Counted from the whole stretch's first letter, positions 14,627-26,316 are shown. The stretch is DNA of 63,871 bases, filler included, from Octopus bimaculoides (GCF_001194135.2; 7 parts of 7 records of this genome joined end to end with filler, not necessarily neighbours in it), one strand, 5' to 3'. Notes: generated from the sequence alone by a model not told the origin. Numbers and translations are program-made.

Positions 14627-14693
14627 CCGGATAACTGAAGAGATGTTAGCGTGGGTTCCCAACCGGCATCCGAAACTCGGAGTTTTATCATGG
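14627..14693 (+). ncRNA. Type I hammerhead ribozyme motif (long stem II, partly decayed)
   Basis: Stem I GAUAA(14630-34)/UUAUC(14685-89); CUGAAGA 14635-41; stem II 14642-14671 (GAUG.../...CAUC, one nt out of register); GAAA 14672-75; stem III ACU-cgg-AGU; predicted cleavage triplet GUU 14682-84. Confidence 0.75.
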
Positions 14694-16086
14694 TTACCGA
14701 ATAAGTGTCACATATTTTTACAGTTATATATATATATATATATATATATTCCTTCAATATACACAAGAGAAAAAGGCCAGGTCAGTTCCTTCTCAATTTT
14801 ATTCGATTGTCAAAGAATATGTATGAGAATATGTATATGTATATGTATTTTTCCATATGTGTATTTTCATACACTGTTTTTAACACTGTTTTTAACAATT
14901 TCACCTTAATATGACAATCAGTATGTAACACTACAAAGTTCATACAAAGCTTTATACTTTAAATATATTTTATCATCAAAGAATNNNNNNNNNNNNNNNN
15001 NNNNNNNNNNNNNNNNNNNNNNNNNNNNNNNNNNNNNNNNNNNNNNNNNNNNNNNNNNNNNNNNNNNNNNNNNNNNNNNNNNNNNNNNNNNNNNNNNNNN
15101 NNNNNNNNNNNNNNNNNNNNNNNNNNNNNNNNNNNNNNNNNNNNNNNNNNNNNNNNNNNNNNNNNNNNNNNNNNNNNNNNNNNNNNNNNNNNNNNNNNNN
15201 NNNNNNNNNNNNNNNNNNNNNNNNNNNNNNNNNNNNNNNNNNNNNNNNNNNNNNNNNNNNNNNNNNNNNNNNNNNNNNNNNNNNNNNNNNNNNNNNNNNN
15301 NNNNNNNNNNNNNNNNNNNNNNNNNNNNNNNNNNNNNNNNNNNNNNNNNNNNNNNNNNNNNNNNNNNNNNNNNNNNNNNNNNNNNNNNNNNNNNNNNNNN
15401 NNNNNNNNNNNNNNNNNNNNNNNNNNNNNNNNNNNNNNNNNNNNNNNNNNNNNNNNNNNNNNNNNNNNNNNNNNNNNNNNNNNNNNNNNNNNNNNNNNNN
15501 NNNNNNNNNNNNNGTGGCGGACAAAAAACAAGACAGGAAAACAACAGAAAAGGCTTTACGGCCAGACGAGAAAAATTATGTGTGTATGAACGCTGTGAGG
15601 CACGAACTTGAAAGGGACGAAGTAGTTCGCGTGTTTGCTCGGCGATAGCCAAGGAAGAAAAGGATTATTGACCGGAAGCATGTGACCATACATACATGTA
15701 CACATATACACGCACAGATACACACACACACACATACAGATGTTGGTGTAAGGAATGGTCATGAGTCAAGCACGCAAACGAGAAATTAAACTATCAATTT
15801 GTTTATGAATTTCAATGGTTTATTGAGCCATAACGCAGTGTGGTTTACACAAAGTGTCTTTTTTAGAATATACGTCGGCTCACAGACAAATGTATCTAGC
15901 ATTCAGCTGGTAACCAGTAATAAAACTAAAATCGAGTCTTATTAGTCTATAATTTATTATAAAAGAACTTCTGCAAGATCACAAGAATTACATTGTTCTT
16001 CAGCGATTTATATCAGACCTTGTATGACTGCAATTTTGTGTTTCCTCATTTCCGGGTAGGCAGTCATGCAATCAATTTATTCTTCT

Positions 16087-16396
16087 ATTTGTTTCAGTCA
16101 TTTGACTGCGGTCATGCTGGCGCACTACCTTGAAGGAAAAGTTTAGTACTTATTCTATCTGTCTCTTTTTTCCGAACCACAAATTACGGGGATGTAAACG
16201 CACCAACACCGGTTATCAAGCGGTCATGGGGGACCAACATGCACACACACGCACATATATATACGACTACCAAAATCCACTCACAAGGCTTTGGTCGGAC
16301 CGAGGCTACAATAGATGACACTTACCCAAGCTGCCACGCCGTGCGACTGAACCCGGAAACGTGGTTGGAAAGCAAGCCGATTACCACACAGCCACG
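16087..16396 (-). mobile_element. SINE family A, internally deleted copy
   Basis: Reverse complement matches head and tail segments of the full copy at 54991-55388. Confidence 0.8.
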
Positions 16397-16853
16397 CTTT
16401 GAGACATTATTAGTCATTAATACTAATGTCGGTGAGATTCAGGAGAACGCCAGAAAAAAGTCTCCACTGAAATGTTCAACTGGTACTTAATTTTATCGAC
16501 TCGAAAGAACCAAAGTCAAAGTTGATTTCAGTGGAATTCGAACTCAAAACGTAAGAATTCAAAAGAAATACCTCTAAGTTTTGTACCAGCTCGCCGACTT
16601 CATTATCTCAAATAATAATAATTACAGTGAAACTAAATAGTTTGATGAAATGGGGAGAAGAAAATTTAACCATTTTATGGAACAGTTCTTATTTGTCATT
16701 TGTAAATCCTTGTATTGAATCGACTATATTATGTGAAGGCACCTTATTTTATTGGTCTTCACCCTTGAAGTATTTGTTACCTCAAACAAGTATTGTACAC
16801 GAAATTTCAAATGGTCGTAACTGAATACCATCAGAATATTTTGTCTGCTCTGT

Positions 16854-17110
16854 AAGAAACCCGTCGTATATATGTGTATATATATATGTGTGTGTGTTTG
16901 TCTGTATGTGTTTGTCCCCCCAACATCGCTTGACAACCGATGGTGGTGTGTTTGCGTCCCCGTAACATACCGGTTCGGCAAAATAGACCGATAGAGTAAG
17001 TACTAGGCTTACAAAGAATAAGTCCTGGGGTCGATTTGCGCGACTAAAGGTGGTGCTCCAGCATGGCCGCAGTCAAATGATTGAAACAAGTAAAAGAGTG
17101 AAGAGTAAGA
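16854..17110 (+). mobile_element. SINE family A, 3' portion
   Basis: cccgtcgtatata...gtttgtcccccaacatcgcttgacaaccg...ccagcatggccgcagtcaaatga.tgaaacaagtaaaagag, as in 54991-55388. Confidence 0.85.
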
Positions 17111-18737
17111 GTAATACTTGACAGGCAGGTTGTTTTATTGATCTTGAGATAGATGAAAAATAAAGATAACCGCGAAAGTATTTGAACTCAGAACATAAAG
17201 AATCGAACTAATACTGCAAAGCATTATGTCAAAGGCTTTAATCATTGTTTCAATCCACAAAATAACAGGAACACAGCAAAAAAATTTGAGTGGGTGGAGT
17301 TGGTAGTGGAAGGGTCAATTATTTATCGTTATATCGTCGCTTGCTGGTTCTTTATTATATCGACCAGGAAGGTTGAAAGATGAGTTTACCGCGATGGGAT
17401 TTGAACGAAGAACGTTAAGACCCGGAACAAGTGCCGTAAAGTATTTTGTCCAGCGTTCTTATACTTCTGCCTATACACAGAATAATCCAACGAGATAACA
17501 TAGAAGACATCAAAGTATGGTAAGTGGAAACATAAGAGGTAAAATAAGATTTTGACAAACACCTGCGCGGAAATCTGAAAAATATTTAATATGAATTATT
17601 TCGAACTTTTAGAAAGATATATTGTTCTTTGAACTTAAAAATATGAACCATTATTGTTGCGCAACATATTTTGACAGTTATATATTGTTCAAACAGAGAT
17701 AAATAATAATTAAATGCCTTTAGTTACTTTTGTATGTGACAATGATTTATGATGTTAAAGAAAATTATTAGGTTGCTTTACTGAGAAAAGATATTTCACA
17801 ACATTGCGGATTGGTTGAGAATTTAAATATGTAAATTAAGCTGGATAAATTTAGTGGTCATATTTGTTATTTTTTCTTTAACAGAAAAAATTCTTTGCTG
17901 TTTTAGCTTCAGTTTAAGAACCAATTCTTCGTAGCTAGAGGCATTAAACCAATTCTTCTTGAAATTTACTAAAAAGACAATAAATGAATATTATTTAAAA
18001 TATCTGTTTTTCAATAATTAAGGCTAAACTGGCAATGCCGCAGGAAAGTACATACAAGAACATACATATATATTTACATGCATACATATATGCATATTTA
18101 TATATGTACGCACACACAGACACATTTATATATATATATATATAGATAGATAGATAGTTATAGATAATGCCATAAAACTGATTAATATTTAAATGAATGG
18201 AGTAATGATATGTGTTCGGTCGGTAAGAAATTACTTTCATGTAGCTATTTCAACAAAGTTTATTGAACATGGCTGTATGGTTAAGAAGTTCAAAACATCA
18301 TAGTGATTTCCAGTTTCGATTCCATGTGAAGCACCTTGAAGGTAGTTTCTAATGTTATAGCCTCGAGTTCAGTATTTTTTTTCGTGGAATTTGGTCTTGG
18401 GAGAAATGTGCGAAATCCTGACACACATGAACACACGTGTTTGTTCTCTTTTACTTCTTTTATTCATTATAATGTCGAAATGCTGAAGCACGGTCTTAAA
18501 CCGCTTGTAAGAACACACGAAACACGCTAGCATTTCATTGTAAGTCTGGTACTCATTATATCGGGTACTGATGACGAAAGGCTAGATTACAGGGATGTAA
18601 TATAAACCAATACCATTTGTCAAACGGTGGTAATGGGCTAAAGGCATATGCGTGTATGTGTGTGTATGTCTGTGTGTATGTGTGTATATATGTATGTATG
18701 TACATTTGAATATGTATATGTATATATATATATATAT

Positions 18738-18905
18738 GGGAGAATATACAAAAAATAACAACAGACGAGGACAGGTGGTGTAAATAACAAAAGTATATAT
18801 TAGTATGACGCTCGGGAATACGGAAAGTCTTTGACGTTTCGAGCTACGCTCTTCAACAGAAAGAATACGGAGACAAGGAGAAAAAACACGGAGAAAAAAA
18901 TTGAA
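18738..18905 (-). mobile_element. Short (TA)n-flanked repeat carrying a hammerhead motif (Penelope pseudo-LTR-like)
   Basis: About 170 bp between TA-rich runs; contains the motif at 18828-18864. The family assignment is inference. Confidence 0.55.
18828..18864 (-). ncRNA. Minimal type I hammerhead ribozyme motif with variant core CUGUUGA
   Basis: Minus strand reads UCUUU-CUGUUGA-A-GAGC gua GCUC-GAAAC-GUC-AAAGA: 5-bp stem I, perfect 4-bp stem II, palindromic ACGU stem III, GUC triplet. The only core deviation is A6 to U, plus an extra A after A9. Confidence 0.75.
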
Positions 18906-19041
18906 TATATATATATATATGTGTATATATATATGTGGTATNNNNNNNNNNNNNNNNNNNNNNNNNNNNNNNNNNNNNNNNNNNNTTAATTAATTAANNN
19001 NNNNNNNNNNNNNNNNNNNNNNNNNNNNNNNNNNNNNNNNN

Positions 19042-19255
19042 TATTCAGACAAATACATAACAAAAACACCAGGACTTACAAATATATATAACATACAGAA
19101 AATTGCACTACTGGGCACTGCACACATCCTACGCAAAACACTTTCAATACAGTAACCATAAGAGCACCACAGCAATCCACAGCACATACCCAAGGCGCAC
19201 AGAGCTGCGCTCGGTAGTGAAGTCAAAGCACGTTATAAAAATAAAACTACTGAAC
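19042..19255 (+). mobile_element. 3' end of a restriction-like-endonuclease non-LTR retrotransposon (R4/Dong/HERO-like)
   Basis: Frame from the gap edge reads YSDKYITKTPGLTNIYNIQKIALLGTAHILRKTLSIQ* (stop 19153-55). The QKxxLLGTxxILR C-terminal motif is typical of RLE elements. A 100-bp 3' UTR runs directly into (AAT)n. Confidence 0.7.

Positions 19256-19308
<53 letters not shown>
19256..19308. repeat. (AAT)n microsatellite
   Basis: Pure AAT run. Confidence 0.95.
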
Positions 19309-19310
<2 letters not shown>

Positions 19311-19357
19311 TCGTAAAATATCTTAGGAATGTGAACCCAGGTTTGAAATTTCCCCAA

Positions 19358-19403
19358 GACACCTGATGAAGGCTGGAGGGTATATTAGCAGAAACGTTGT
19401 GTT
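19358..19403 (+). ncRNA. Minimal type I hammerhead ribozyme motif (stem II base pair mutated)
   Basis: GACAC-CUGAUGA-A-GGCUG gaggguauau UAGCA-GAAAC-GUU-GUGUU. Canonical core, palindromic ACGU stem III, GUU triplet. The 10.1-11.1 pair is G.A instead of G-C. Confidence 0.75.
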
Positions 19404-19964
19404 AACAACAAACAAGATGACGACAAATATCCATCAAATATAAATAATGTAAATAATGTAAATGAATGCCTATGTCTGTGTGTGTGTCTTGGTTCACCTC
19501 AGTTGTCTTGGACTTAGTTTATCCTTATTCTTGTATTCTCGCAGTGGTGGGTTATGGCATAAGGTCAACAAAATTAAGGTGGAGAGGACAGTCGATTTCA
19601 TCGATCTCAGTATTTATCTGGGACTTTATTTTATCGACCCTGAAATAATGAAGCCCAAAGTCGACCTCGGCAGAATAAGAACTCAGAACATAAAGGGCCG
19701 GAAGAAATGCCGCTAAAACATTTTGTTCGACACTCCAGCTTGCCAATAACAGTGATGATGATGATGATGATGATGATGACGACGACGATGACGATGGCGG
19801 TCGCGGTGGCGGTGGTGGTGGTGATGATGATGATGATGATTCCGCTATTCCTGCAGGATAAGAAGAATGTGATCTCGAAGTGATAATAGAATTTTCATAT
19901 AATGTTACTAATGGAGCGATCGTGGCAAAATAAAATATAGCAAAAAATGGAGAGAAAGAGAAAT

Positions 19965-20052
<88 letters not shown>
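19965..20052. repeat. (GATA)n/(GA)n microsatellite
   Basis: Directly visible. Confidence 0.95.
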
Positions 20053-20055
<3 letters not shown>

Positions 20056-20646
20056 TTCCCAGTAACAGAATAAAGACTTCTAGATAAAAATTTCAAAGTC
20101 TGCAGAAAGAATGCGTATCACATATGGAATTGAATGTAAGCTTATGTAGGAGAGGAAATAGAACGAGAAATGACAGAAAGATGAGCGAATTGTCAGGAAA
20201 AGAAGTGAAGAAAGAGAGGAAAAGTCTTACTTCATAGAGAGAAGAGATATTACAGAAAATGGTACGGAGCTCACTTCAACATTTAAACGTGACAATAAAT
20301 AGGGAAAGAATGAGATTAATAAGTTTGAAAGGAACTGAAAGTGAAGAGCTAAGGTAAAAAAAAAACAACAGAAAATGGTTAAGAAATTGCAGAAACTAAC
20401 AATTAAATTTGAAGTTGAAAATATAACAGATGTGAACGATTTTATATTTTGTGTAGTCTCTGTCACTGCAGAGATTCTTTGAGTTAGAAATGGAGCAGAC
20501 TCTGGAGGGATGAAAGACAAAGTTAATCATGGAGGGATTTTACCTCAAAATGTAAAGAGCTTCAATATCGCAAGGCATTATTTTTTTTTTTGACACTCTA
20601 ACGTTTATGACAGCTAACTGTTTATATTAATATCGTTTTGGTCTTT

Positions 20647-21190
20647 AAGGTGGTGAGCTGGCGGAAACGTTAGCAAGCCGGGCAAAATGCTTAGCAGTAT
20701 TTCGCCTGTCTTTATGTTCTGAGTTCAAATTCTGCCAAAGTCAACTTTGCCTTTCATCCTTTAGGGGTCGAAAAATTAAATACCAGTTGCGTACTGAGAT
20801 TGATTTAATTGACCGGCCCCTTCCCCTAAAATTTCGGGCCTCGTGCCTAGATTAGAAACGGACATCGTTCTGACCTTTTAATCGGTTCCAATCACCATAT
20901 CTTTTACAAAAGCAAGTAACACACGAATGAGACACGATGGGGAAGATATTATAGTATATTTATAGATTGAATGAAAGAGGAGAGTCAGCAGAACCGGTTG
21001 CAGGCCGGACAAAATGCTTTGGGGTATTTCATCCGTCTTAACACTCGGAATTCAAATTCCACTGAGGTCGACTTTGCCTTTCATCCTTTCGGGGTCGATG
21101 AAATAAATACCAGTTGAACACTGGGGTCAATGAAATCGACCTACCCCACTTCTCCAAAATTGTTGGCCATTGTGTTAAAATTTGAAATCA
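20647..21190 (+). mobile_element. SINE family B, two copies (20647-20858, about 20975-21190)
   Basis: aagg.ggcgagctggcagaaacgttagca...gagttcaaattc...gactttgcctttcatccttt.ggggtcga.aaa.taa.taccag pattern occurs twice. Confidence 0.85.
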
Positions 21191-21215
21191 TTATTATGGA
21201 CCGAGCTAAGTGTAA

Positions 21216-21375
21216 GTGTTGCTTCTGAAAGTTCTGGATCTCGAGATAGAGACGATCTACTTGGACCCGAAAGGGAAGTTGCTGATCTTGGCCGTCAGCA
21301 ACAGCAAAGGTGGTGCAATTAGCCTAGCGACTGGATACGCGTCTGGCTAGAGCAGAGCAGCAGGGCTTTTTCAGG
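21216..21375 (+). mobile_element. Decayed L1/Tx1-type ORF2 endonuclease fragment
   Basis: VLLLKVLDLEIETIYLDPKGKLLILAVSNSKGGAISLATGYASG* resembles the APE segment (..D..G+++++....+.+..+YA) of Tx1/L1 elements. Recognised by eye. Confidence 0.55.
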
Positions 21376-21839
21376 TGTCTTTAATTGTACTTGAAATTGC
21401 TCAGCTTGTTAGTGCTGGTGGGGACTGAAATGGCATCTTAGAAGCACAATGAAAGAAGGATGTAAAAGCATTGCAAACCATTTTATATTTTTTCAAATAG
21501 TCTGACACATAACAATGGAATTGCTCAGATGTCTTAGTGTGGATATAGAGAAAGTCGTACGGGATCATCCAAATAATGTATTTTGATGGATGCCAAAGAA
21601 AAATGAAACTAAAAAAAAAAAAAGATTTGAAATGAGGAGTTAGTCATACTTGTGAAGAGAAGATACTTTCTGCCAAGACAGAACTCGCTTACTATGAAGA
21701 AGAGTTAATATTCTGTGAAATATTCGTTATTTGAATGAAATGTAATTCACAAAGGCAATAAAACTTACTGTAGACAAGGAATGTCTCGATGAAACATGGA
21801 TTGAGAAGGAAATGGTATTACAGTTTAAGCAGCATAGAA

Positions 21840-21960
21840 CAGCGGTTCTCAACCAGGATCCGTATGACCCTTGGAGATCCACAGAAGATTTTGTTGCTAA
21901 AATTTATATGCAATAAATTACTTCTACTTCTACAATATACAAAATACTTTAACGATTTTT
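21840..21960 (+). mobile_element. Terminal fragment of a hAT (Charlie-like) non-autonomous element
   Basis: Starts CAGCGGTTCTCAACC, a typical hAT-Charlie terminus. No partner TIR was found. Confidence 0.4.
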
Positions 21961-21984
21961 AAAACAATTTAGTAATATTGAATT

Positions 21985-22182
21985 TCGCCTTTGGATTTGC
22001 TTTGCAAGATTCTTTATGTGAGTTCGTGTGTTGAAGCGTATTCTGTTGTGTCTGGGGAGAGTCAGTCTCTTTTAGTGCCTTATAATCTAACACACTCACC
22101 GGTAAAATTTCCATTCATTTACTTATTTATTTTACTATATAATTAAATGAGTAAATGAGTGGAAATTTTACCGGTGTGTGTT
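21985..22182 (+). repeat. Unclassified dispersed repeat, copy 2, ending in a 33-bp fold-back
   Basis: Homologous to 4357-4505. Arms 22097-22129 and 22144-22176 are inverted (31/33 Watson-Crick plus 2 G.U). Confidence 0.85.
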
Positions 22183-22378
22183 AAATGATAAACCAACTTC
22201 CAGCTATAAAGCGACAACAAAACCAATAGAAAATAAATCAAGGTGGTGCTCCAGCATGGCCGCAGTTGTACGACTGAAACAACTAAAAAATAAAAGACAA
22301 GAATCAGGAATGCATGGTCCTTTGAGCAATGTAAATGGAGGTTTTGTTTTTACATAGATCTCACCACTGCCTTGTTTG

Positions 22379-22801
22379 TGTCGGAAAAGGGCAGTTTTCT
22401 TCAGTCTGGAGATTATGACAAAAGTGCTTGCGCAGTGGACGAGACTGAACGGCTTCAAGATAGATGCCTTCCTCTCTAGCCATGACCTCATTGACATTTT
22501 TCAGTTCCAAGGAAAGCTGTAGGTGAGAGGGGGAGGTACTGTCTGACCCCAAGATAATTTGTGGAAAGGTGGCTAAATGTGGGGACGAAGATGACCAGAA
22601 AGAGTGGACTTACTCTAAGTTGGCACTTCTAAGATGTAGAGAACGGATATGAGAAAAGCATCTTCCAGGGCTGCACTTGGCATTCGTGGTGGCCCAGGAC
22701 CTGTGGTGTTTCTTGGCTACCTTTGGCTGGTACTCTCACCTACTGGGGAATTTTCATGCTATATTTTTTTTTCTTAATTTATATTGTTTGTATATTGCTT
22801 A

Positions 22802-22803
<2 letters not shown>
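22379..22803 (+). mobile_element. Decayed L1/Tx1-type ORF2 C-terminus and 3' UTR
   Basis: RKRAVFFSLEIMTKVLAQWTRLNGFKIDAFLSSHDLIDIFQFQGKL*VR, then after a frameshift FVERWLNVGTKMTRKSGLTLSWHF* (stop 22630-32). Resembles the W..R...F...RW C-terminus of Tx1/L1. A T-rich 3' UTR follows. Confidence 0.55.
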
Positions 22804-22848
<45 letters not shown>

Positions 22849-22924
22849 CCTCACTGACCTTATTTTGTAATGTTGTTATGATTTAGTTACTCATGCGGCC
22901 AATAAATTATTGTCATCATTGTTG

Positions 22925-22927
<3 letters not shown>

Positions 22928-22984
<57 letters not shown>
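22928..22984. repeat. (ATT)n microsatellite at a gap edge
   Basis: Directly visible. Confidence 0.95.
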
Positions 22985-24139
22985 NNNNNNNNNNNNNNNN
23001 NNNNNNNNNNNNNNNNNNNNNNNNNNNNNNNNNNNNNNNNNNNNNNNNNNNNNNNNNNNNNNNNNNNNNNNNNNNNNNNNNNNNNNNNNNNNNNNNNNNN
23101 NNNNNNNNNNNNNNNNNNNNNNNNNNNNNNNNNNNNNNNNNNNNNNNNNNNNNNNNNNNNNNNNNNNNNNNNNNNNNNNNNNNNNNNNNNNNNNNNNNNN
23201 NNNNNNNNNNNNNNNNNNNNNNNNNNNNNNNNNNNNNNNNNNNNNNNNNNNNNNNNNNNNNNNNNNNNNNNNNNNNNNNNNNNNNNNNNNNNNNNNNNNN
23301 NNNNNNNNNNNNNNNNNNNNNNNNNNNNNNNNNNNNNNNNNNNNNNNNNNNNNNNNNNNNNNNNNNNNNNNNNNNNNNNNNNNNNNNNNNNNNNNNNNNN
23401 NNNNNNNNNNNNNNNNNATATATATATATATATACACTAATGCGTACATCATACACACACACATGCACATATACATACACACATGTAGGATGAATATGCA
23501 AGGCTATAATTATTTCTTCAGAATCCTTCCAGCAATATCAGGAAAACCAAAATCCTTCCCACTTTATTAAATTCTATTTTTATATTTTTCTTCGCTTTGT
23601 ATTATCAACATTATGTACATTCGTGTTTGTGTGTACGTGCAGAAGTGTATGAGTGCGCATGTGTATGTGTGTATGTGTGTTTGTGGGAATGAATGTGAGT
23701 GTGGATACAAATGTGTGTGTTTGCGTGTGTAAGTATGTGTACAAGTGATGCATATATGTGTGTGTACGAGTAAGAGTGTGTATGTATGCATTATGCAAGC
23801 GTGTGTGTGTGTGTGTGTTTGTGTCTAAGTGTGCATGAGTGTCTTCCTGCGCATGCTGTCCTCAATTATTGATTTTGAGACATTAACCATCGTTGATCCG
23901 TCGCTGGAATTCAGAAGAATTCCATCGCGTTCCCATCCTTGGAATCGATGTATTCTCCTTTGTAACTTGGCTTATCTTTGCAGGACAAATGTCCGTCCGT
24001 TTCTGCATGCATTGTTCATGTTGGATTATGTAAAAAAAAAAAAATCATTTCTCGTATATCAAAATATATATTTTGAGAAATCTTATATGATCAGGACCGA
24101 TGTTAAATACATCCGGATGCTGGCAGGAGCGAGCAGCGT

Positions 24140-24740
24140 CATTGTCATCATCATCGTTGTGCTTGTCGTCGTAATCATCACCCCACCACTGCTACAACTA
24201 CAACCATCATCATCGCCATTACCATTATTGTCATCGTCGTTGTCATCGTCGTTGTCATCACAGTCATCATCATCACCTCCACTATCTTCCACCATTCCTT
24301 TCGCTTCCTCCTCACCACCAAAATCCTCCTCCTCCGCCTCTTCCTCCACATCATTATAGCCATCATCACCATCACCACCACCACCACCACCACCACCACC
24401 ACCTTTCTCCTCTGCTTCCTCTTCNNNNNNNNNNNNNNNNNNNNNNNNNNNNNNNNNNNNNNNNNNNNNNNNNNNNNNNNNNNNNNNNNNNNNNNNNNNN
24501 NNNNNNNNNNNNNNNNNNNNNNNNNNNNNNNNNNNNNNNNNNNNNNNNNNNNNNNNNNNNNNNNNNNNNNNNNNNNNNNNNNNNNNNNNNCATCACGATG
24601 ACCAAAGACAAGAACCACACTATCATCATCACCACTATCATCCTGATCACCATCACCCTCACACCACCACCACCACCACCACCACCACCACCACCATCAC
24701 CACCATCACCACCGATGTCATCACCATTACTAGCAACAAC
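24140..24740. repeat. (CAT/CAC/TCC)n low-complexity trinucleotide mosaic spanning a gap
   Basis: Directly visible; source of spurious Ser/Pro/Val-rich ORFs. Confidence 0.85.
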
Positions 24741-24870
24741 AGCATCACTATTGTCTATACGTCTATACATATCAGTACCAGAGATTCCCATCATTTTTTA
24801 TTTGTCTACAACAGACTCTGGAAAATATTTGAACTATATGCGCTTTGTAGTGAGACAGTAATCTTTAGTC

Positions 24871-25287
24871 CAGGGTTAGATTAACCATTAAGCAAAATAA
24901 TCATGTGATTAGGGCAACAAGGAAAGCGGGGTGCCACAGAAATGGTAAATGGTTTACAGGACAAAAGAAATCACTTTAAACTTGCTAAAATAATATTCGG
25001 GATGCCTTATCTCTACTAAGTATAGAAGTAGATGCTTTACGTAAGATTAATTTTGAGAGATCTGATTAAAGATTTTGCATTAAAAAAAGCAGAAAACTTT
25101 ACAAATATAAATAAAATGGTGGTATACAGAACTAACCATTATTTTCCACCTTATTGTCAGTTTTGTTTCATTTTGAAAAATAAAAATTTATTTCATGGTT
25201 TATTGTTTATAGTTTGAATTACATATATACGGGTGCACTAATATCATTTAAGTGCTTAGGGCTTCTATGGGTGTTAATCCGGCCCAA
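24871..25287. mobile_element. Degenerate MITE-like element
   Basis: Left CAGGGTTAGATTAAC versus right GTTAATCCGGCCCAA (10/15 inverted match), with subterminal (g)(c/a)ttagggc motifs near both ends. No TSD seen. Confidence 0.35.
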
Positions 25288-26316
25288 CTTCAACCCTGTC
25301 ACGTCTTCCCATGTGTTCTGACAGCACAACTGAAGGGTAATTAGATTTGCTGTCCGAAGTTTTTTGTCATTATTATAAACTTGAGTATTTTTATGCAAGT
25401 TTTGTTAGACCTACCCAATATATTTGATGGGGAAAAGGAGAAATGTTTGATGCATTTACGGAATCATGAACAAAGATCATATTAAAATCAGAACTGAGTC
25501 TGTAGACCAATGTTGAGTTAAACAGCGAGTTTGTGACATGATCGAACATGTTTTCTGTGATTTGTTAAGTCAAATCTCTACTTTATTGGGTAACAGAATG
25601 CAACACGGTGGTATGACGACAGTTATACGATAAAACAAATCAGAAGTAAAAATTAAATTACAATTTATTTGAGTGTTCTGAATGTGTAATTACAGGTGTA
25701 TTTACAGAAGCAAAAGGAAAGGTTTCTTGTTTCAGGATTACAAGAGTTCTCGGTAGCTGTGTTGTGTTTCCACGGGTGAAGATGGTGTATGTGAGAGCAT
25801 GTTTTAAGTTGAACATTTAACCCCCTTGTTACTGCATATTAACAGTAGAAATAATGCGGACAAGAATTATTTCTATAAGCTAGATAGTTCTGTGTGCAGT
25901 CGGTTGAAGTTACTTAATCATAGTAGTAGAAAACGTAGGAGATGAGTTGCTGTGTTCAGGATAAATCCAAGCACCTCTTAACAGTTTGAAGCCTGTGCAG
26001 TAACTGATCAAACTGGTTAGCTTTTCGTGCCAGAGACCTTAGCCGGACGTGACGTCATGGCACTCTTGCGCATACGTGAGTTCGAACTTTCTCGAGGAAA
26101 ATCCACTTGAGATAACTCACTTCGCTTTTCATTCTACAATTGTGCATGTGGATTGAATATAGTCATTTATAAGACTACATCATATTGCATAATCATAGCG
26201 GAAGGGAAGTTACACAGCAATAAAGCAATAGAAAGAAGAGCACTCATGGAGCGCAAACCTCCACCAAGACAACACCAACGTCCTCTCAACGATCACCTGA
26301 AGATAATTGTTACAAT

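Noticed and set aside
15514-15648. 44 open codons from the gap edge (VADKKQDRKTTEKALRPDEKNYVCMNAVRHELERDEVVRVFARR*)
   Set aside because: No recognisable homology, the start is hidden in the gap, and the length is compatible with chance.
18986-18997. TTAATTAATTAA centred in 100-bp N blocks (also 41286, 50052, 58865, 61236, 62481); looks like a regularly recurring motif
   Set aside because: It has identical 44N-12-44N geometry each time and encodes stops in all six frames: a scaffolding linker, not biology.
26050-26057. Perfect CRE palindrome TGACGTCA with a nearby TGCGCAT
   Set aside because: A single 8-mer is expected about once per window of this size, and there is no other support.
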